Of a stretch of DNA of 64,000 nucleotides, positions 35,799-45,771 are shown piece after piece. The DNA lies in contig CAZEMI010000266.1 in the NCBI GenBank assembly GCA_964513235.1, forward strand, positions 34,826 through 98,825, read 5' to 3'. This stretch comes from an uncultured Acidobacterium sp. Lineage in GTDB: Bacteria; Acidobacteriota; Vicinamibacteria; Vicinamibacterales; UBA2999. The notes beneath the pieces are model-generated. The model had not been told where the DNA came from, ran no database searches, and worked only from the letters and a program-made list of their open reading frames with translations. How positions within the stretch are numbered: position 1 is the stretch's first letter; each line of letters opens with the position of its first letter. Position numbers and translations under genes: made by a program.

Positions 35799-37058
35799 AT
35801 GTCGCGGGAGATCGTCGCCGGCATCACCACCTTCCTCACGATGTCCTACATCGTGGTGGTGAACCCGGCGATCCTGTCCACGCCGGGCACGGGCATGCCG
35901 TTTTCCGGCGCGCTCACCGCCACCGTGCTCGTGTGCTTCACGATGACGCTGCTCATGGGCGTCTACGCGAAGCTGCCGTTCGGCGTGGCGCCGGGCATGG
36001 GCCTCAACGCCTTCTTCGCCTACACGCTCGTCATCAACGGCGGCATTCCCTGGCCGGTAGCGCTCGGGATCATCTTCTGGGCCGGCGCGCTGTTCCTGCT
36101 CGTCTCCGTCACGCCACTCCGCGAGCGGATCGCCATGGCGATTCCTCCCGCGCTGCGCGCCGCCACCGCGGCGGGCATCGGCCTGCTGCTGACGTTCATC
36201 GGGCTGCAGAACTCCGGCTTCGTGGCCGCCAATCCGGCCACCATCGTCGGCGTGGGCGCGCTCGATCACCGCGCCCTCCTCACGCTGGCGGCGCTCATCG
36301 TCAGCGTGTGGCTGGCGCGACGCGATCACCCGTTCGCCTATCTCGCCGGCATTGCGCTGGTCACCGTGGTGTCGTGGACCGCCGGCTACGTCGCGGCGCC
36401 GGCCACGTGGTTCAGCGCGCCAGATTTCTCGTCGGTGTTCCTGAAGCTCGACGTCGTGGGCGCGCTGCAACTCGCGCTGGTTCCGGCGATTATCACCGTG
36501 ATGATGACCGACCTGTTCGACTCGCTGTCGACGTTCATCGGCGTGGCCGATGCGGCCAACCTCGTCGACGACAAGGGCGAGCCGAAGCACCTGCGGCAAG
36601 GGTTGATCGTCGACTCGGTCGCCACGCTGGGCGCGGGCCTGTTCGGCAGCTCCCCGGGCACGGCGTACGTGGAAAGCATTGCCGGCGTGCGCATGGGTGG
36701 GCGCACCGGCCTCACCGCGGTGGTCACGGCACTCTGCTTTCTCCCGTGTCTGTTCATCGCGCCGCTCGCGTCGGCGATTCCGAACTACGCGACATCCGCA
36801 GTGCTGATCCTCGTGGGCGTGGCGATGTTCCAATCGGTGACGCGCGTCGACTTCGACCGCCTCGAAATCGCGGTGCCGGCGTTTGCCACGCTGATCCTCA
36901 TCCCGCTGACCTTTTCCATCACCCAAGGTATCCTGTGGGGGTTCATCCTTCACGCCGTGCTGCATGCCGTGGCGGGCAAGGCCCGCGAGGTCACCGGCGC
37001 CGCGTGGGGGCTGGCCGCCGTGTCCGTCGTGCTCCTGGTCATCGAACATGCCAACTGA
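35799..37058 (+). CDS. NCS2 family permease (AzgA/PurP-type adenine/guanine/hypoxanthine permease)
   Basis: MSREIVAGITTFLTMSYIVVVNPAILS and the overall TM-rich pattern are typical of AzgA-like purine permeases. Confidence 0.8.
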   Translation: MSREIVAGITTFLTMSYIVVVNPAILSTPGTGMPFSGALTATVLVCFTMTLLMGVYAKLPFGVAPGMGLNAFFAYTLVINGGIPWPVALGIIFWAGALFLLVSVTPLRERIAMAIPPALRAATAAGIGLLLTFIGLQNSGFVAANPATIVGVGALDHRALLTLAALIVSVWLARRDHPFAYLAGIALVTVVSWTAGYVAAPATWFSAPDFSSVFLKLDVVGALQLALVPAIITVMMTDLFDSLSTFIGVADAANLVDDKGEPKHLRQGLIVDSVATLGAGLFGSSPGTAYVESIAGVRMGGRTGLTAVVTALCFLPCLFIAPLASAIPNYATSAVLILVGVAMFQSVTRVDFDRLEIAVPAFATLILIPLTFSITQGILWGFILHAVLHAVAGKAREVTGAAWGLAAVSVVLLVIEHAN

Positions 37059-37590
37059 TTCTCCGGTGCTGTCGGTCGTAATCGACGAATTTCAGAAAAC
37101 CAAGAAGCTCGCGGACACGTCGATCGCGCAGCTGTCGGACGAGCAGCTCTCCGTCACGATCGATCCGGAGGCCAACAGCGTGGCGGTGCTGATGCGGCAC
37201 ATGGCCGGCAACATGCGATCGCGCTGGGTGAATTTCCTTACCACCGACGGCGAGAAGCCGGATCGGATGCGCGACCAGGAGTTCGAGGATCCGCATCAGA
37301 CGCGCGACGAACTGATGGCAGAGTGGGAGCATGGCTGGCAGTGCCTCTTCGATGCGCTGTCGCCGTTGACCGACGCGGATCTGCAGCGCACCGTGGTGAT
37401 CCGTGGCGAGCCGCATTCGGTCTACAAGGCGATCAGCCGCCAGATGGCGCACTATGCGGGACACGCCTACCAGATCCTCCTGCTCGCCAAGCACCTGTGC
37501 GGGCCGGACTGGAAGACGCTCTCGATCCCGCGCGGCCAATCCGAGGAATTCAACCGGCGCATGCTGGCGAAGCTGAAGGCCGAAGGCTGA
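37048..37590 (+). CDS. DinB-fold / DUF1572-like protein
   Basis: ATG at 37048. ...EANSVAVLMRHMAGNMRSRW...H..YHAGH four-helix DinB-like His pattern. It overlaps the upstream gene by 11 bp. Confidence 0.6.
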   Translation: MPTDSPVLSVVIDEFQKTKKLADTSIAQLSDEQLSVTIDPEANSVAVLMRHMAGNMRSRWVNFLTTDGEKPDRMRDQEFEDPHQTRDELMAEWEHGWQCLFDALSPLTDADLQRTVVIRGEPHSVYKAISRQMAHYAGHAYQILLLAKHLCGPDWKTLSIPRGQSEEFNRRMLAKLKAEG

Positions 37591-38552
37591 TGGTTCGCTG
37601 GGGAATGCTCGGCACCGCCCGCATCACGCGCCGTCTCATTCCGGCGTTTCGAGCCTCGCGTCGTGGCGAGCTGCGCGCGGTGGCCAGCCGCACGCTGGCG
37701 CGGGCCACGGAACATGCGCGCGAGTACAGCGTCCCGCACGCCGTTCAGGGTTACCAGACGGTGCTCGACGATCCGTCGATCGACGCCGTCTACATTCCCT
37801 TGCCCAACACCGAGCACGTCCCGTGGACGCTCGCCGCGATTGCCGCGGGCAAGCACGTGCTGTGCGAGAAGCCGCTCGCCCTGGACCCACATGACATCGA
37901 TCGTATTGCCGCGGCCGCCGCGGCGGCGGGCGTCATCGTCGAAGAAGGGTTCATGTATCGCCATGAGCCGCTGACCAGGGAAGTCATCCGGCTTCTCAAC
38001 GACGGGGCGATCGGCAGCGTGCGCGCGATCGTGTCGGGCTTCACCTTTGCGCTCGACGGCGAGGGCAACATCCGCCTCGACCCGTCACTCGGCGGCGGTT
38101 CACTGTGGGACATCGGCAGCTACCCCGTCACCTATGCGCAGCTCATTGCCGGGCACGAACCGAAGATGGTGTTCGGCAGTGCGCATTGGCACGCGTCAGG
38201 TGTGGATGAGGAGTTCATGGGCATGCTGCGGTTCGACGAGGGCATGTCGGCGAACATCTACGCGGGGTTCCGCACGCCGTATCGCACGTGGCTCGAAGTG
38301 TTGGGAACCGACGGCGCGTTGACGGTGCCGAACCCGTTCCGCCCCGGTCCACTGGAAACGCTCGAACTGGAACGCACGGGTGGCGTGGACCACATCGAGG
38401 TGCAGGGTTCATCGCTCATCTTCGTGAACGAGATCGAGGACTTCGAGGCACGCATCCTCGACGGCGCGCCGGCGGTCGTGACGTTGGTGGAAAGCCGCCG
38501 GACCGCGGCGACGCTCGCGGCACTCTACGCGTCTGCACGATCCACGGCTTGA
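37590..38552 (+). CDS. Gfo/Idh/MocA family oxidoreductase
   Basis: The ATG at 37590 overlaps the upstream TGA. Rossmann VRWGMLGTARI and a CEKPLAL motif. Confidence 0.85.
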   Translation: MVRWGMLGTARITRRLIPAFRASRRGELRAVASRTLARATEHAREYSVPHAVQGYQTVLDDPSIDAVYIPLPNTEHVPWTLAAIAAGKHVLCEKPLALDPHDIDRIAAAAAAAGVIVEEGFMYRHEPLTREVIRLLNDGAIGSVRAIVSGFTFALDGEGNIRLDPSLGGGSLWDIGSYPVTYAQLIAGHEPKMVFGSAHWHASGVDEEFMGMLRFDEGMSANIYAGFRTPYRTWLEVLGTDGALTVPNPFRPGPLETLELERTGGVDHIEVQGSSLIFVNEIEDFEARILDGAPAVVTLVESRRTAATLAALYASARSTA

Positions 38553-38630
38553 GGGCTTGAGGGCTTGAGGGCTTGAAGGCCCGAAAGGCTGACGTCCAAG
38601 CCCTCAGGTCCTCAGGTCCTCAAGCCCTCA
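38546..38630. repeat. GGCTTGAG octamer array (x4) followed by inverted CCTCA(G/A)G copies
   Basis: GGCTTGAG GGCTTGAG GGCTTGAG GGCTTGAA ... CCAAGCCCTCAGGTCCTCAGGTCCTCAAGCCCTCA. It spans the Gfo/Idh/MocA stop codon and has hairpin potential. Confidence 0.9.
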
Positions 38631-38632
38631 CG

Positions 38633-38878
38633 ATGTACACTCAATACGTGGACCCCGGGGCGACGACGGTTCTATGGCGGCTTTACCGCGCCGACGGGCC
38701 GAACAAGGGTGATCGCATTCATGCGGTCGTCGTGCACGGCGGTCCACCGTTCACGCTCGCGTTTCTTGCCAACGAAGAAATGGAGCGGGTCGAGAACTAC
38801 GACTCGATGGATCTCGCGGTGTTTCGTGCGGATGAGATCAGGCGCGGGCTGCTTGACGATGAGTGGAAGGAAGACTGA
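38633..38878 (+). CDS. Small hypothetical protein
   Basis: 81-aa ORF from the ATG at 38633, flanked on both sides by GGCTTGAG word repeats. No recognised family. Confidence 0.35.
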   Translation: MYTQYVDPGATTVLWRLYRADGPNKGDRIHAVVVHGGPPFTLAFLANEEMERVENYDSMDLAVFRADEIRRGLLDDEWKED

Positions 38879-38879
38879 C

Positions 38880-38910
38880 GGCTTGAGGAGTTGAGGGCTT
38901 GAGGACTTGA
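38880..38910. repeat. GGCTTGAG word family copy
   Basis: GGCTTGAGGAGTTGAGGGCTTGAGGACTTGA, directly upstream of the ispG ATG. Confidence 0.8.
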
Positions 38911-38911
38911 A

Positions 38912-40171
38912 ATGTTGAGTGTGGGCAAGCGACATCGCACGGTCGGCGTGAAAGTCGGCAACGTCACCGTCGGTGGCGGGGCGCCGGTGGTCGTGCAGTC
39001 GATGACGCTGACCGATACGGCGGATGCGCAAGGGACCGCCGAGCAGTGCATCGAGCTGTGGCAGGCGGGGTCGGAGATGGTGCGCGTCACCGTGAATCTT
39101 CCCGAAGCGGCCGCGGCCGCGCCCGAGATCAAGCAGCGCATGCTCGATGCGGGATGCACCGCTCCGCTGATCGGCGACTTCCACTACAACGGGCACCTGT
39201 TGCTGACGCGCTTTCCCGACTGTGCGAGGGCCCTCGACAAATACCGCATCAATCCCGGCAACGTCGGCACCGGCAAGCGGCGCGACGAGCAATTCGCCAC
39301 CATCTGCCAGGTCGCGATCGATCACGGCAAGCCGGTGCGCATCGGCGTCAACGGCGGCTCCCTCAACCAGGAGCTGGTGATGGCGAAGATGCAGGAGAAC
39401 ACCGACCGCGATCTCGGGAAGGAATCCGACGACATCATCAACGAGTGCATGGTGCTGTCGGCCATCCAGTCCACCGAGCTGGCGATCGACACGGGGCTGC
39501 GGAAGGACCAGATCATCATCTCGTGCAAGGTGTCACGCCCGCGTCACCTGATCGACGTGTATCGCGCGCTCGCGAAGCAGACCGAGCAGCCGCTGCATCT
39601 CGGGCTCACCGAAGCCGGCATGGGCACCAAGGGGCTGGTGTGGTCGGCGTCGGCGATGGGCGTGCTGCTGAGCGAGGGCATCGGCGACACGATTCGCGTG
39701 TCGCTGACCCCGCGGCCGGGCGGCGACCGGCGTGAAGAAGTCTATGCCGCGTGCGAGCTGCTGCAGGCGCTGGGCCTGCGGACGTTTGCGCCGAGCGTGA
39801 CCGCCTGCCCGGGCTGCGGCCGCACGACCAGCACCACGTTCCAGGAACTGGCGGAAGCGGTGCAGGGTTACATCCGCGATCAGATGCCGGCGTGGAAGAA
39901 GAAGTACGAGGGCGTCGAACATCTCACGCTCGCCGTCATGGGATGCGTGGTCAATGGTCCTGGCGAATCGAAGGCCGCGAACATCGGCATCTCATTGCCG
40001 GGCACCGGTGAAGCACCCAACTGCCCCGTCTTCATCGACGGTGTTCACGCGACGACGTTGAAGGGCACGTACGACGAGCTCGCGCACGCCTTCCACGTCC
40101 TTGTCGACGACTACGTCGAGCGAAAGTACTCAAAGAAAGTTGACAGTTCACAGTTGACGGTTGACAGTTGA
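38912..40171 (+). CDS. ispG: 4-hydroxy-3-methylbut-2-en-1-yl diphosphate synthase (flavodoxin) IspG/GcpE
   Basis: [23 protein letters not shown], and the Cys ligand blocks CPGCGRT and GCVVNGPGE. Confidence 0.9.
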   Translation: MLSVGKRHRTVGVKVGNVTVGGGAPVVVQSMTLTDTADAQGTAEQCIELWQAGSEMVRVTVNLPEAAAAAPEIKQRMLDAGCTAPLIGDFHYNGHLLLTRFPDCARALDKYRINPGNVGTGKRRDEQFATICQVAIDHGKPVRIGVNGGSLNQELVMAKMQENTDRDLGKESDDIINECMVLSAIQSTELAIDTGLRKDQIIISCKVSRPRHLIDVYRALAKQTEQPLHLGLTEAGMGTKGLVWSASAMGVLLSEGIGDTIRVSLTPRPGGDRREEVYAACELLQALGLRTFAPSVTACPGCGRTTSTTFQELAEAVQGYIRDQMPAWKKKYEGVEHLTLAVMGCVVNGPGESKAANIGISLPGTGEAPNCPVFIDGVHATTLKGTYDELAHAFHVLVDDYVERKYSKKVDSSQLTVDS

Positions 40172-40197
40172 GTTCGCGAGTTCAACAGTTGGCAGTT
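40139..40197. repeat. GTTGACAG word repeats spanning the ispG stop / GNAT start
   Basis: GTTGACAGTTCACAGTTGACGGTTGACAGTTGAGTTCGCGAGTTCAACAGTTGGCAGTT. Confidence 0.8.
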
Positions 40198-40659
40198 TCG
40201 ATTCGCGCCGCCCTTCCATCCGATCGACAGTTTGTCCTGGATCTCGCGGAGCGACTCGTGTCGTTCGACGTGCCAACCTGGCGGCCGAAGGCCGAGCTGA
40301 TCGAAGGCGATCGCCGCGCGCTGGCGCAGTGGTTCGATTCGCCGAAAGCCGACGAGGCCATGTATATCGCCGAAGTCGACGGCCGCCCTGCGGGGTGCGC
40401 GTATCTGGTTACGCTGGTGGATTACTTCAATGAACGGCCGCACGCGCACCTGTCGGTCCTCGCGGTGACCGCCGAGGCCGAGGGCAAGGGCGTTGGCACC
40501 GCGTTGATCGATCTGTCGGTGGCCTGGGCGAAGGCGCGCAACTCGGATCGCCTGACGCTGAGCGCGCTCGTGACCAACAGCCGCGCCCGCGCCCTCTACG
40601 AGCGCAAAGGCTTTGGCGGCGAATACCTCAGATATGTCCTGCCGCTGAAATCCGGCTAA
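40168..40659 (+). CDS. GNAT family N-acetyltransferase
   Basis: [11 protein letters not shown]...[11 protein letters not shown] is an acetyl-CoA binding motif. The TTG start overlaps the ispG stop, so the start is uncertain. Confidence 0.75.
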   Translation: MSSRVQQLAVSIRAALPSDRQFVLDLAERLVSFDVPTWRPKAELIEGDRRALAQWFDSPKADEAMYIAEVDGRPAGCAYLVTLVDYFNERPHAHLSVLAVTAEAEGKGVGTALIDLSVAWAKARNSDRLTLSALVTNSRARALYERKGFGGEYLRYVLPLKSG

Positions 40660-40691
40660 AGCCGGACACTACGATGCGGGATAATGCGCGG

Positions 40692-42272
40692 ATGTTGAAG
40701 CGCGCATCCCTGGGCCTGCTCACCATTCTGGCGTTCTTCGCGCCACTGGTCGCACAGACGCCACAGCAATTCGACGTCCTGATCCGCAACGGCCGTGTGC
40801 TCGATGGCACCGGCAATCCGTGGTACCGCGCCGACATCGGCATCACCGGCGACCGAATCCGCGCGATGGGCCGGCTCGGGAACGCGACGGCGACGGTGGT
40901 GATCGACGCCGGCGACCGCTACGTGACGCCGGGCTTCATCGACGTGCACTCGCACGCCGGCGGTGGCCTCGCGACCGAAGAGCTCAAGCACGGACAGCCG
41001 CTGCTGGCGCAGGGGCTCACCACCGTGTTCGTCAATCCCGACGGCGGCGGTCCGGTCGACCTGGCCGACCAGCGCGCCACCTATGAGCAGCAGCGCATCG
41101 GCGTCAACGTCGCGCCTATGGTGCCGCACGGATCGATCCGCCGCGAGGTGATGGCGATGTCGGACCGCGATCCGGACGCGGGCGAGCTGGCGAAGATGGT
41201 CGAGCTCACGCGGCAGGGCATGCTCAGCGGCGCGTTTGGGCTGTCGAGCGGCCTCTACTACGCCCCCGGCAGCTATTCGAAGACCGCCGAGGTGATCGCC
41301 ATGGCACGCGCCACTGCGCCATTTGGCGGCGTCTACTCGAGCCACATTCGCGATGAGTCCGACTACACCATCGGCGTGGTTGCGGCCGTGCAGGAAGTGA
41401 TCGACATCGCCGAGCAGGGCGGCGTGATCGGGGTGGTGTCGCATATGAAGGCGCTCGGACCGGGGAGCTGGGGCCTCTCGAAAACACTGATCAACAACAT
41501 CGAATCGGCCCGCAAGCGGGGCGTGCAGGTGTTCGCCGATCAGTATCCGTACGAGGCCAGCGGCACCGGCATCGTCGGCGCGCTGATTCCCCGATCGGCG
41601 CAGGTCGGCGGACGCGACGCCATGATGAAGCGGATCACGGGCGAGCTGCGCAACGAGATTCGCGTCGAGGTGAAGACCAACATCGCGCGCCGCGGCGGCG
41701 CCGACACGCTGATGATCAGCCGCTACACGGCGGACCCATCCTTCGAAGGGCAGCGTCTGTCAACGCTGGCCGCCAAGGCCGGCGTGGCGCCGGAAGAATA
41801 CGCGCTGCAGATGCTGGAGAAAGGCGACGCGAGCCTGGTGTCGTTCAACATGTCGGAGGGCGACATCGAAGGGATCATGCGACAGCCGTGGACCATGACC
41901 TGCAGCGACGGCGGCCTGGGGCCCATGGGCGTCGGCAAGCCACACCCGCGCGCCTACGGCGCGTTCGCCCGCAAGATGAAGAAGTATGTGCAGGAGCGCG
42001 GCGCCATCGATCTGGCATTCGCGATTCGATCGATGACCACGTTACCGGCCACGGTGTTCGGGATGAAGGATCGCGGACAGTTGCGGGCGGGCGCGTTCGC
42101 GGACGTGCTGATTTTCGATCTGGCGAAGATCAACGACGCCGCCACCTATGAGAACCCGCACCAGCTCACCGAAGGGATGACCGATATCATCGTCAACGGC
42201 GAGGTGGCGCGGCGCGATGGAAGGTTCACAACGGCGCTCGCCGGCCGGGTACTCAGGCCTGAGCGTCAGTAG
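40692..42272 (+). CDS. N-acyl-D-amino-acid deacylase (D-aminoacylase), amidohydrolase superfamily, secreted
   Basis: Signal-like MLKRASLGLLTILAFFAPLVAQ, then FDVLIRNGRVLDGTGNPWYRADIGITGDRI...VTPGFIDVHSH. Confidence 0.75.
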   Translation: MLKRASLGLLTILAFFAPLVAQTPQQFDVLIRNGRVLDGTGNPWYRADIGITGDRIRAMGRLGNATATVVIDAGDRYVTPGFIDVHSHAGGGLATEELKHGQPLLAQGLTTVFVNPDGGGPVDLADQRATYEQQRIGVNVAPMVPHGSIRREVMAMSDRDPDAGELAKMVELTRQGMLSGAFGLSSGLYYAPGSYSKTAEVIAMARATAPFGGVYSSHIRDESDYTIGVVAAVQEVIDIAEQGGVIGVVSHMKALGPGSWGLSKTLINNIESARKRGVQVFADQYPYEASGTGIVGALIPRSAQVGGRDAMMKRITGELRNEIRVEVKTNIARRGGADTLMISRYTADPSFEGQRLSTLAAKAGVAPEEYALQMLEKGDASLVSFNMSEGDIEGIMRQPWTMTCSDGGLGPMGVGKPHPRAYGAFARKMKKYVQERGAIDLAFAIRSMTTLPATVFGMKDRGQLRAGAFADVLIFDLAKINDAATYENPHQLTEGMTDIIVNGEVARRDGRFTTALAGRVLRPERQ

Positions 42273-42274
42273 CG

Positions 42275-42703
42275 CTACTGTACGATCTCGACTTCAGGGT
42301 CCTCGGTGACCGCGTCTGGAGCCGTGACCGAGTACTTGTAATAGCCATAGTCGGGGTTATTGAGCGAGCACCGGATCTTTTTCTTGCCGCGTTTCACGCA
42401 CTGCGGGTCAAGAGGGTCATCGCCCGTAAAGGCGATCGCCACCTCGGCTGACGCCTCTACCAGCACGCCACACCGATCGACGATGGTCCATTCGACGGTT
42501 TCACGCCGGAAGGCCTCGAGGGTCTGCGGTGCGGTCACGATCAGGCAGTTCCCGCCAACTCGATCCAGCGTAATCGTCGCGTGAACCATCCTTTTTCCAC
42601 TGGCGGGCGGCGACAACAATGCGAGGCCGCTCGAGGCAGCGATCACCGCCGCCGCAATACCGACGACCGCCGCAACCGCGGCGCTGACGAAAGCGTTCCT
42701 CAT
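42275..42703 (-). CDS. Small kinase-associated partner protein, membrane-anchored/secreted paralog
   Basis: GAGGA lies 3 nt upstream of the ATG, 8 nt after the kinase stop. The N-terminus is hydrophobic. The core aligns with 45358-45771 at TAPQ, VEWT.V and YKY.V.A.DA..EDPE.EI. Confidence 0.55.
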   Translation of the reverse strand: MRNAFVSAAVAAVVGIAAAVIAASSGLALLSPPASGKRMVHATITLDRVGGNCLIVTAPQTLEAFRRETVEWTIVDRCGVLVEASAEVAIAFTGDDPLDPQCVKRGKKKIRCSLNNPDYGYYKYSVTAPDAVTEDPEVEIVQ

Positions 42704-42711
42704 CTGTCCTC

Positions 42712-45273
42712 CTAGGGGATTGGTGACCGCACTACTGCTTGGAAGTCCTGACGTTGCTTCAGTGCCAAGAAATCGTCATCGTCGCTCGCTCGCGCGCGGC
42801 TATACCCACCGTCCACGGCCTGTCGCAGGAATTTCATCGCCTCGTCAGCCTCGCCGCGAAGCGCGTGAATCACGGCGGCACGATAGAGCACGTCCATGTC
42901 CGTGGGGGCCAGCGCGAGCGCCTCGCTGATTCTGGCCGTCGCCTGCCGCGAACGTGCCGCTTTCTCGAGGTACACGGCCAACGTGGCCACCATGCGTGGA
43001 TTCTGCGGATTGACCTTGAGCTCGGCTTCGCCGAGTTCGACCGCCCGCTGGTAGGCGGTCACAGCTTCACCGCGGCGCCCCAGCCTGCTCAGTGCGTCGC
43101 CAAGATTCCGGTGAGTGATGGCCGCGTTCGGGCGCAACTCGATGGCCCGTCTATAGGCATCGATGGCTTCGGCGAATTCGCCGCGACTGTGGTGCAGCGC
43201 GCCGATATTCCCCAAGGTGGGTGCCGACGGTCGAAGGGCGTTCGCCCTCTGCCAATTGAGGAGCGCTAAATCGGTCTTGCCGGTGGCGTGGTAAGCGGTG
43301 CCTAACTGCGAAAAGCCCACGTAGCTGTCGGGTTGCAGCGTCGTCACCTTGGAGAACGCGGCGATCGCTTCGTCATAGCGCGCGGCCTCGTAAAGGACGA
43401 GGCCCATTGAACTATAGGTGCTCCAGTAATTCGGTCGAAGGGCGAGCGCTTTCTGATACTCGGCGACCGACTCATCGATCCGTCCCTGCCGCCCCAGGAT
43501 CAACGCCAGCTCGCGCCGCGCTTCATTGTAGTTGGGCCGCATGGCGAGGGCACGATGCAGTTCCTCAATCGCCTCGCTGGCGCGGCCGCGCCCGGCGAGC
43601 GTAATCGCCAGGGCATAACGAACCTCGGGGCGAGTCGGATCGAGACGAAGGGCGCGCTCCCCTGCCTCGACCGCGCGTTCTGTCCATACCGGGACCTTTG
43701 TCTCCAGGTACTTCAGCCAATAGGCCGCGCCCAACGCGGCGTGGGCCAGCGCGAACTGCTGATCGCGCTCAATTGCCGCAGAGAATGCGGCGATCGCGGC
43801 GTCGAGGTTGCCGGTGATATCCCGCCGCTCCACCATCGCCTGGCCTTGCCAGTAAGCGGCCAGCGCATCGGCGTTGGTCGTCGGCTGGGCGTTCATGCGC
43901 TCGCGCTCGCTCGCCGAGACGCGCACGACCAGCGCGCCGAGCAGGGCCGACGACAATCGCGACTGCAAATCGAAGATGCGATCGAACGTGCCCTCAACGG
44001 AATCCCCCCACGCCACCGTGCGATCGGGCCTGACGAGATTCAGCGACACCCTCAGCGTGCCGCCGGATTCCTGCACGCTGCCGTTGACGAGATAGGTCGC
44101 GCCCAGATCCTTGGCCAGCGCTGCCTCGTCCTTGACCCGGCCGCGAGCTTCGGCGACCGACGCCCGCGACAGCACGGTGACCGTCGGCAACGCCGCCAGG
44201 CTCGAGATCAAACTTTCCGCGATGCCGGCGGCCACGAAATCCCTCGAGGGATCGCCGCTGTTGTTGGTCAGCGGTATCACCGCGATCACCGGCGGTGACG
44301 AGGCACTGCCGGGCGGCGGCGGCTCACGCCTCATCCACAGGCCGGCCCCGGCGAGGGCCATCAGCACGACGGCGGTAGCCATGGCCATCAGCCGCGTGCG
44401 CGCGCGCGGCGCCGGCAGGCCGGCGGTGCTCGGCGTCCCGTAAATCGCGCGCAATTGCGCCAGCACCTCACTCGCCGACGCCGGCCGCTGGTCGCGATCA
44501 CGCGCGAGGAGCGAGGCCACGAGCCGCTCGAGCGCCGGCGGAACGAGCTGGCCGGTCGACGACAGCGGCGGGGCGTCTTGCGATAATTTCGATGATGCCA
44601 GTTGCACCGGATCGTGACCGGCAAACGGACGCTTGCCGCTGATCATTTCAAACAGGACCACGCCGAGCGCGTAGAGGTCGGCGCGCTCGTCGACGGCCGA
44701 CGACACCATCTGCTCGGGCGCGGCATAGCTGGCAGTGCCGACCAGCCCAAGACCGCTGGCGGTCTGCACCGGACCGGCGGAGGTCTGCGTCATGCCAACA
44801 CCGAGGAGCCGGGCGATGCCGAAATCCAGCACCTTCACGTGCGCGCCCGCACCGATGATGACGTTGGCCGGTTTGAGATCGCGGTGCACGATGCCGATCG
44901 CGTGGGCGGCTGCGAGCCCCGTCGCAATCTGGCAGGCGATGTCGACCGCCTCCGGAGCGGGCAGACGGCCGCGCGCGATGCGCGCGTGCAGCGTTTCGCC
45001 TTCGACGTACTCGAAGACGATCACGATCTGCCCGTCCTGCTCGAGCACATCATGGACGGTGGCCAGATGCGGATGATTGAGCGCCGCCGCGGCCCGGGCT
45101 TCGCGCATCAGCCGGTCGCGTGACGCCTCATCCTGATGATCGGCAGGCCGCACCATCTTGAGCGCGACGTGGCGATGCAGCCGGCTGTCTTCGGCAAGCC
45201 ACACCGCGCCCATGCCGCCTGTTCCGAGGTGGCGAAGAATCCGGTACGGGCCAACGGTTGCGCCTATGTGCAC
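42712..45273 (-). CDS. Ser/Thr protein kinase with TM segment, periplasmic module and TPR repeats
   Basis: The GTG at 45273 gives VHIGATVGPYRIL.., parallel to the paralog's MHAGATVGPYHIL. Hanks motifs GxGGMG, VALK, HRDLKPAN, DFG and APE are present, followed by a TM segment, an IAVIPL..NSGDP module and multiple TPRs. Confidence 0.85.
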   Translation of the reverse strand: MHIGATVGPYRILRHLGTGGMGAVWLAEDSRLHRHVALKMVRPADHQDEASRDRLMREARAAAALNHPHLATVHDVLEQDGQIVIVFEYVEGETLHARIARGRLPAPEAVDIACQIATGLAAAHAIGIVHRDLKPANVIIGAGAHVKVLDFGIARLLGVGMTQTSAGPVQTASGLGLVGTASYAAPEQMVSSAVDERADLYALGVVLFEMISGKRPFAGHDPVQLASSKLSQDAPPLSSTGQLVPPALERLVASLLARDRDQRPASASEVLAQLRAIYGTPSTAGLPAPRARTRLMAMATAVVLMALAGAGLWMRREPPPPGSASSPPVIAVIPLTNNSGDPSRDFVAAGIAESLISSLAALPTVTVLSRASVAEARGRVKDEAALAKDLGATYLVNGSVQESGGTLRVSLNLVRPDRTVAWGDSVEGTFDRIFDLQSRLSSALLGALVVRVSASERERMNAQPTTNADALAAYWQGQAMVERRDITGNLDAAIAAFSAAIERDQQFALAHAALGAAYWLKYLETKVPVWTERAVEAGERALRLDPTRPEVRYALAITLAGRGRASEAIEELHRALAMRPNYNEARRELALILGRQGRIDESVAEYQKALALRPNYWSTYSSMGLVLYEAARYDEAIAAFSKVTTLQPDSYVGFSQLGTAYHATGKTDLALLNWQRANALRPSAPTLGNIGALHHSRGEFAEAIDAYRRAIELRPNAAITHRNLGDALSRLGRRGEAVTAYQRAVELGEAELKVNPQNPRMVATLAVYLEKAARSRQATARISEALALAPTDMDVLYRAAVIHALRGEADEAMKFLRQAVDGGYSRARASDDDDFLALKQRQDFQAVVRSPIP

Positions 45274-45311
45274 GAGGGGCCTACGGCAGAGGCAGCGAGA
45301 GGATAGCACCG

Positions 45312-45347
45312 AAAAACCTCTCGGGCGGCCGCTGCCGCGACCGCCCG
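45312..45347 (-). terminator. Rho-independent-type terminator after the first kinase/partner module
   Basis: On the minus strand: CGGGCGG-12 nt-CCGCCCG, followed by AGAGGUUUUU. It sits between the partner gene stop (45358) and the second kinase start (45273). Confidence 0.5.
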
Positions 45348-45357
45348 AACCGACAAC

Positions 45358-45771
45358 TCAGTTCTGCGGAAACTCGATTTCAGGGTCCTCCTGAGCGTCA
45401 AGGGCGTGGACGACATACTTATAGACACCCGGCTTCACGCCCTCGGCACTGATCCGGCTCCAGCTGCGAATATTGAGCTCCTGGTGGCCCCACGGACCGC
45501 CAGCAGGCCACGTGATCCTGACGGGCACATCGGTACCGTCGATCAGGTTCACCACGGTCCATTCCACGTGACCCGGTCCGGCGTAGGCATGTTGCGGCGC
45601 AGTCCGGATCTTGTTCCCCGAACCTGTTCTGCAGAGGAAGATCGTGATTTGCGACGTCGTGCCGCTGTCCGCCGCCACGGTCGCCGACCGGCGCGATGTC
45701 GCGGCTGACTTCTTCACCGTCTGCTTCTTCGGCGCCTTCCTGGCAGCCGCCTTGCCCTTCTTCTTGCTCAT
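45358..45771 (-). CDS. Small kinase-associated partner protein, paralog with Lys-rich N-terminus
   Basis: ATGA overlap with the upstream kinase stop, with GAGGTG 5 nt upstream of the ATG. The N-terminus is MSKKKGKAAARKAPKKQTVKK. The C-terminus GVYKYVVHALDAQEDPEIEF matches 42275-42703. Confidence 0.55.
   Translation of the reverse strand: MSKKKGKAAARKAPKKQTVKKSAATSRRSATVAADSGTTSQITIFLCRTGSGNKIRTAPQHAYAGPGHVEWTVVNLIDGTDVPVRITWPAGGPWGHQELNIRSWSRISAEGVKPGVYKYVVHALDAQEDPEIEFPQN

Noticed and set aside
33919-37049. Long minus-strand ORFs (33919-35370, 35298-37049) opposite the ADOP-2 and NCS2 genes
   Set aside because: Their translations are Arg/His/Gly/Asp-rich with no domain signatures. They mirror strongly supported plus-strand genes, so they are shadow ORFs.
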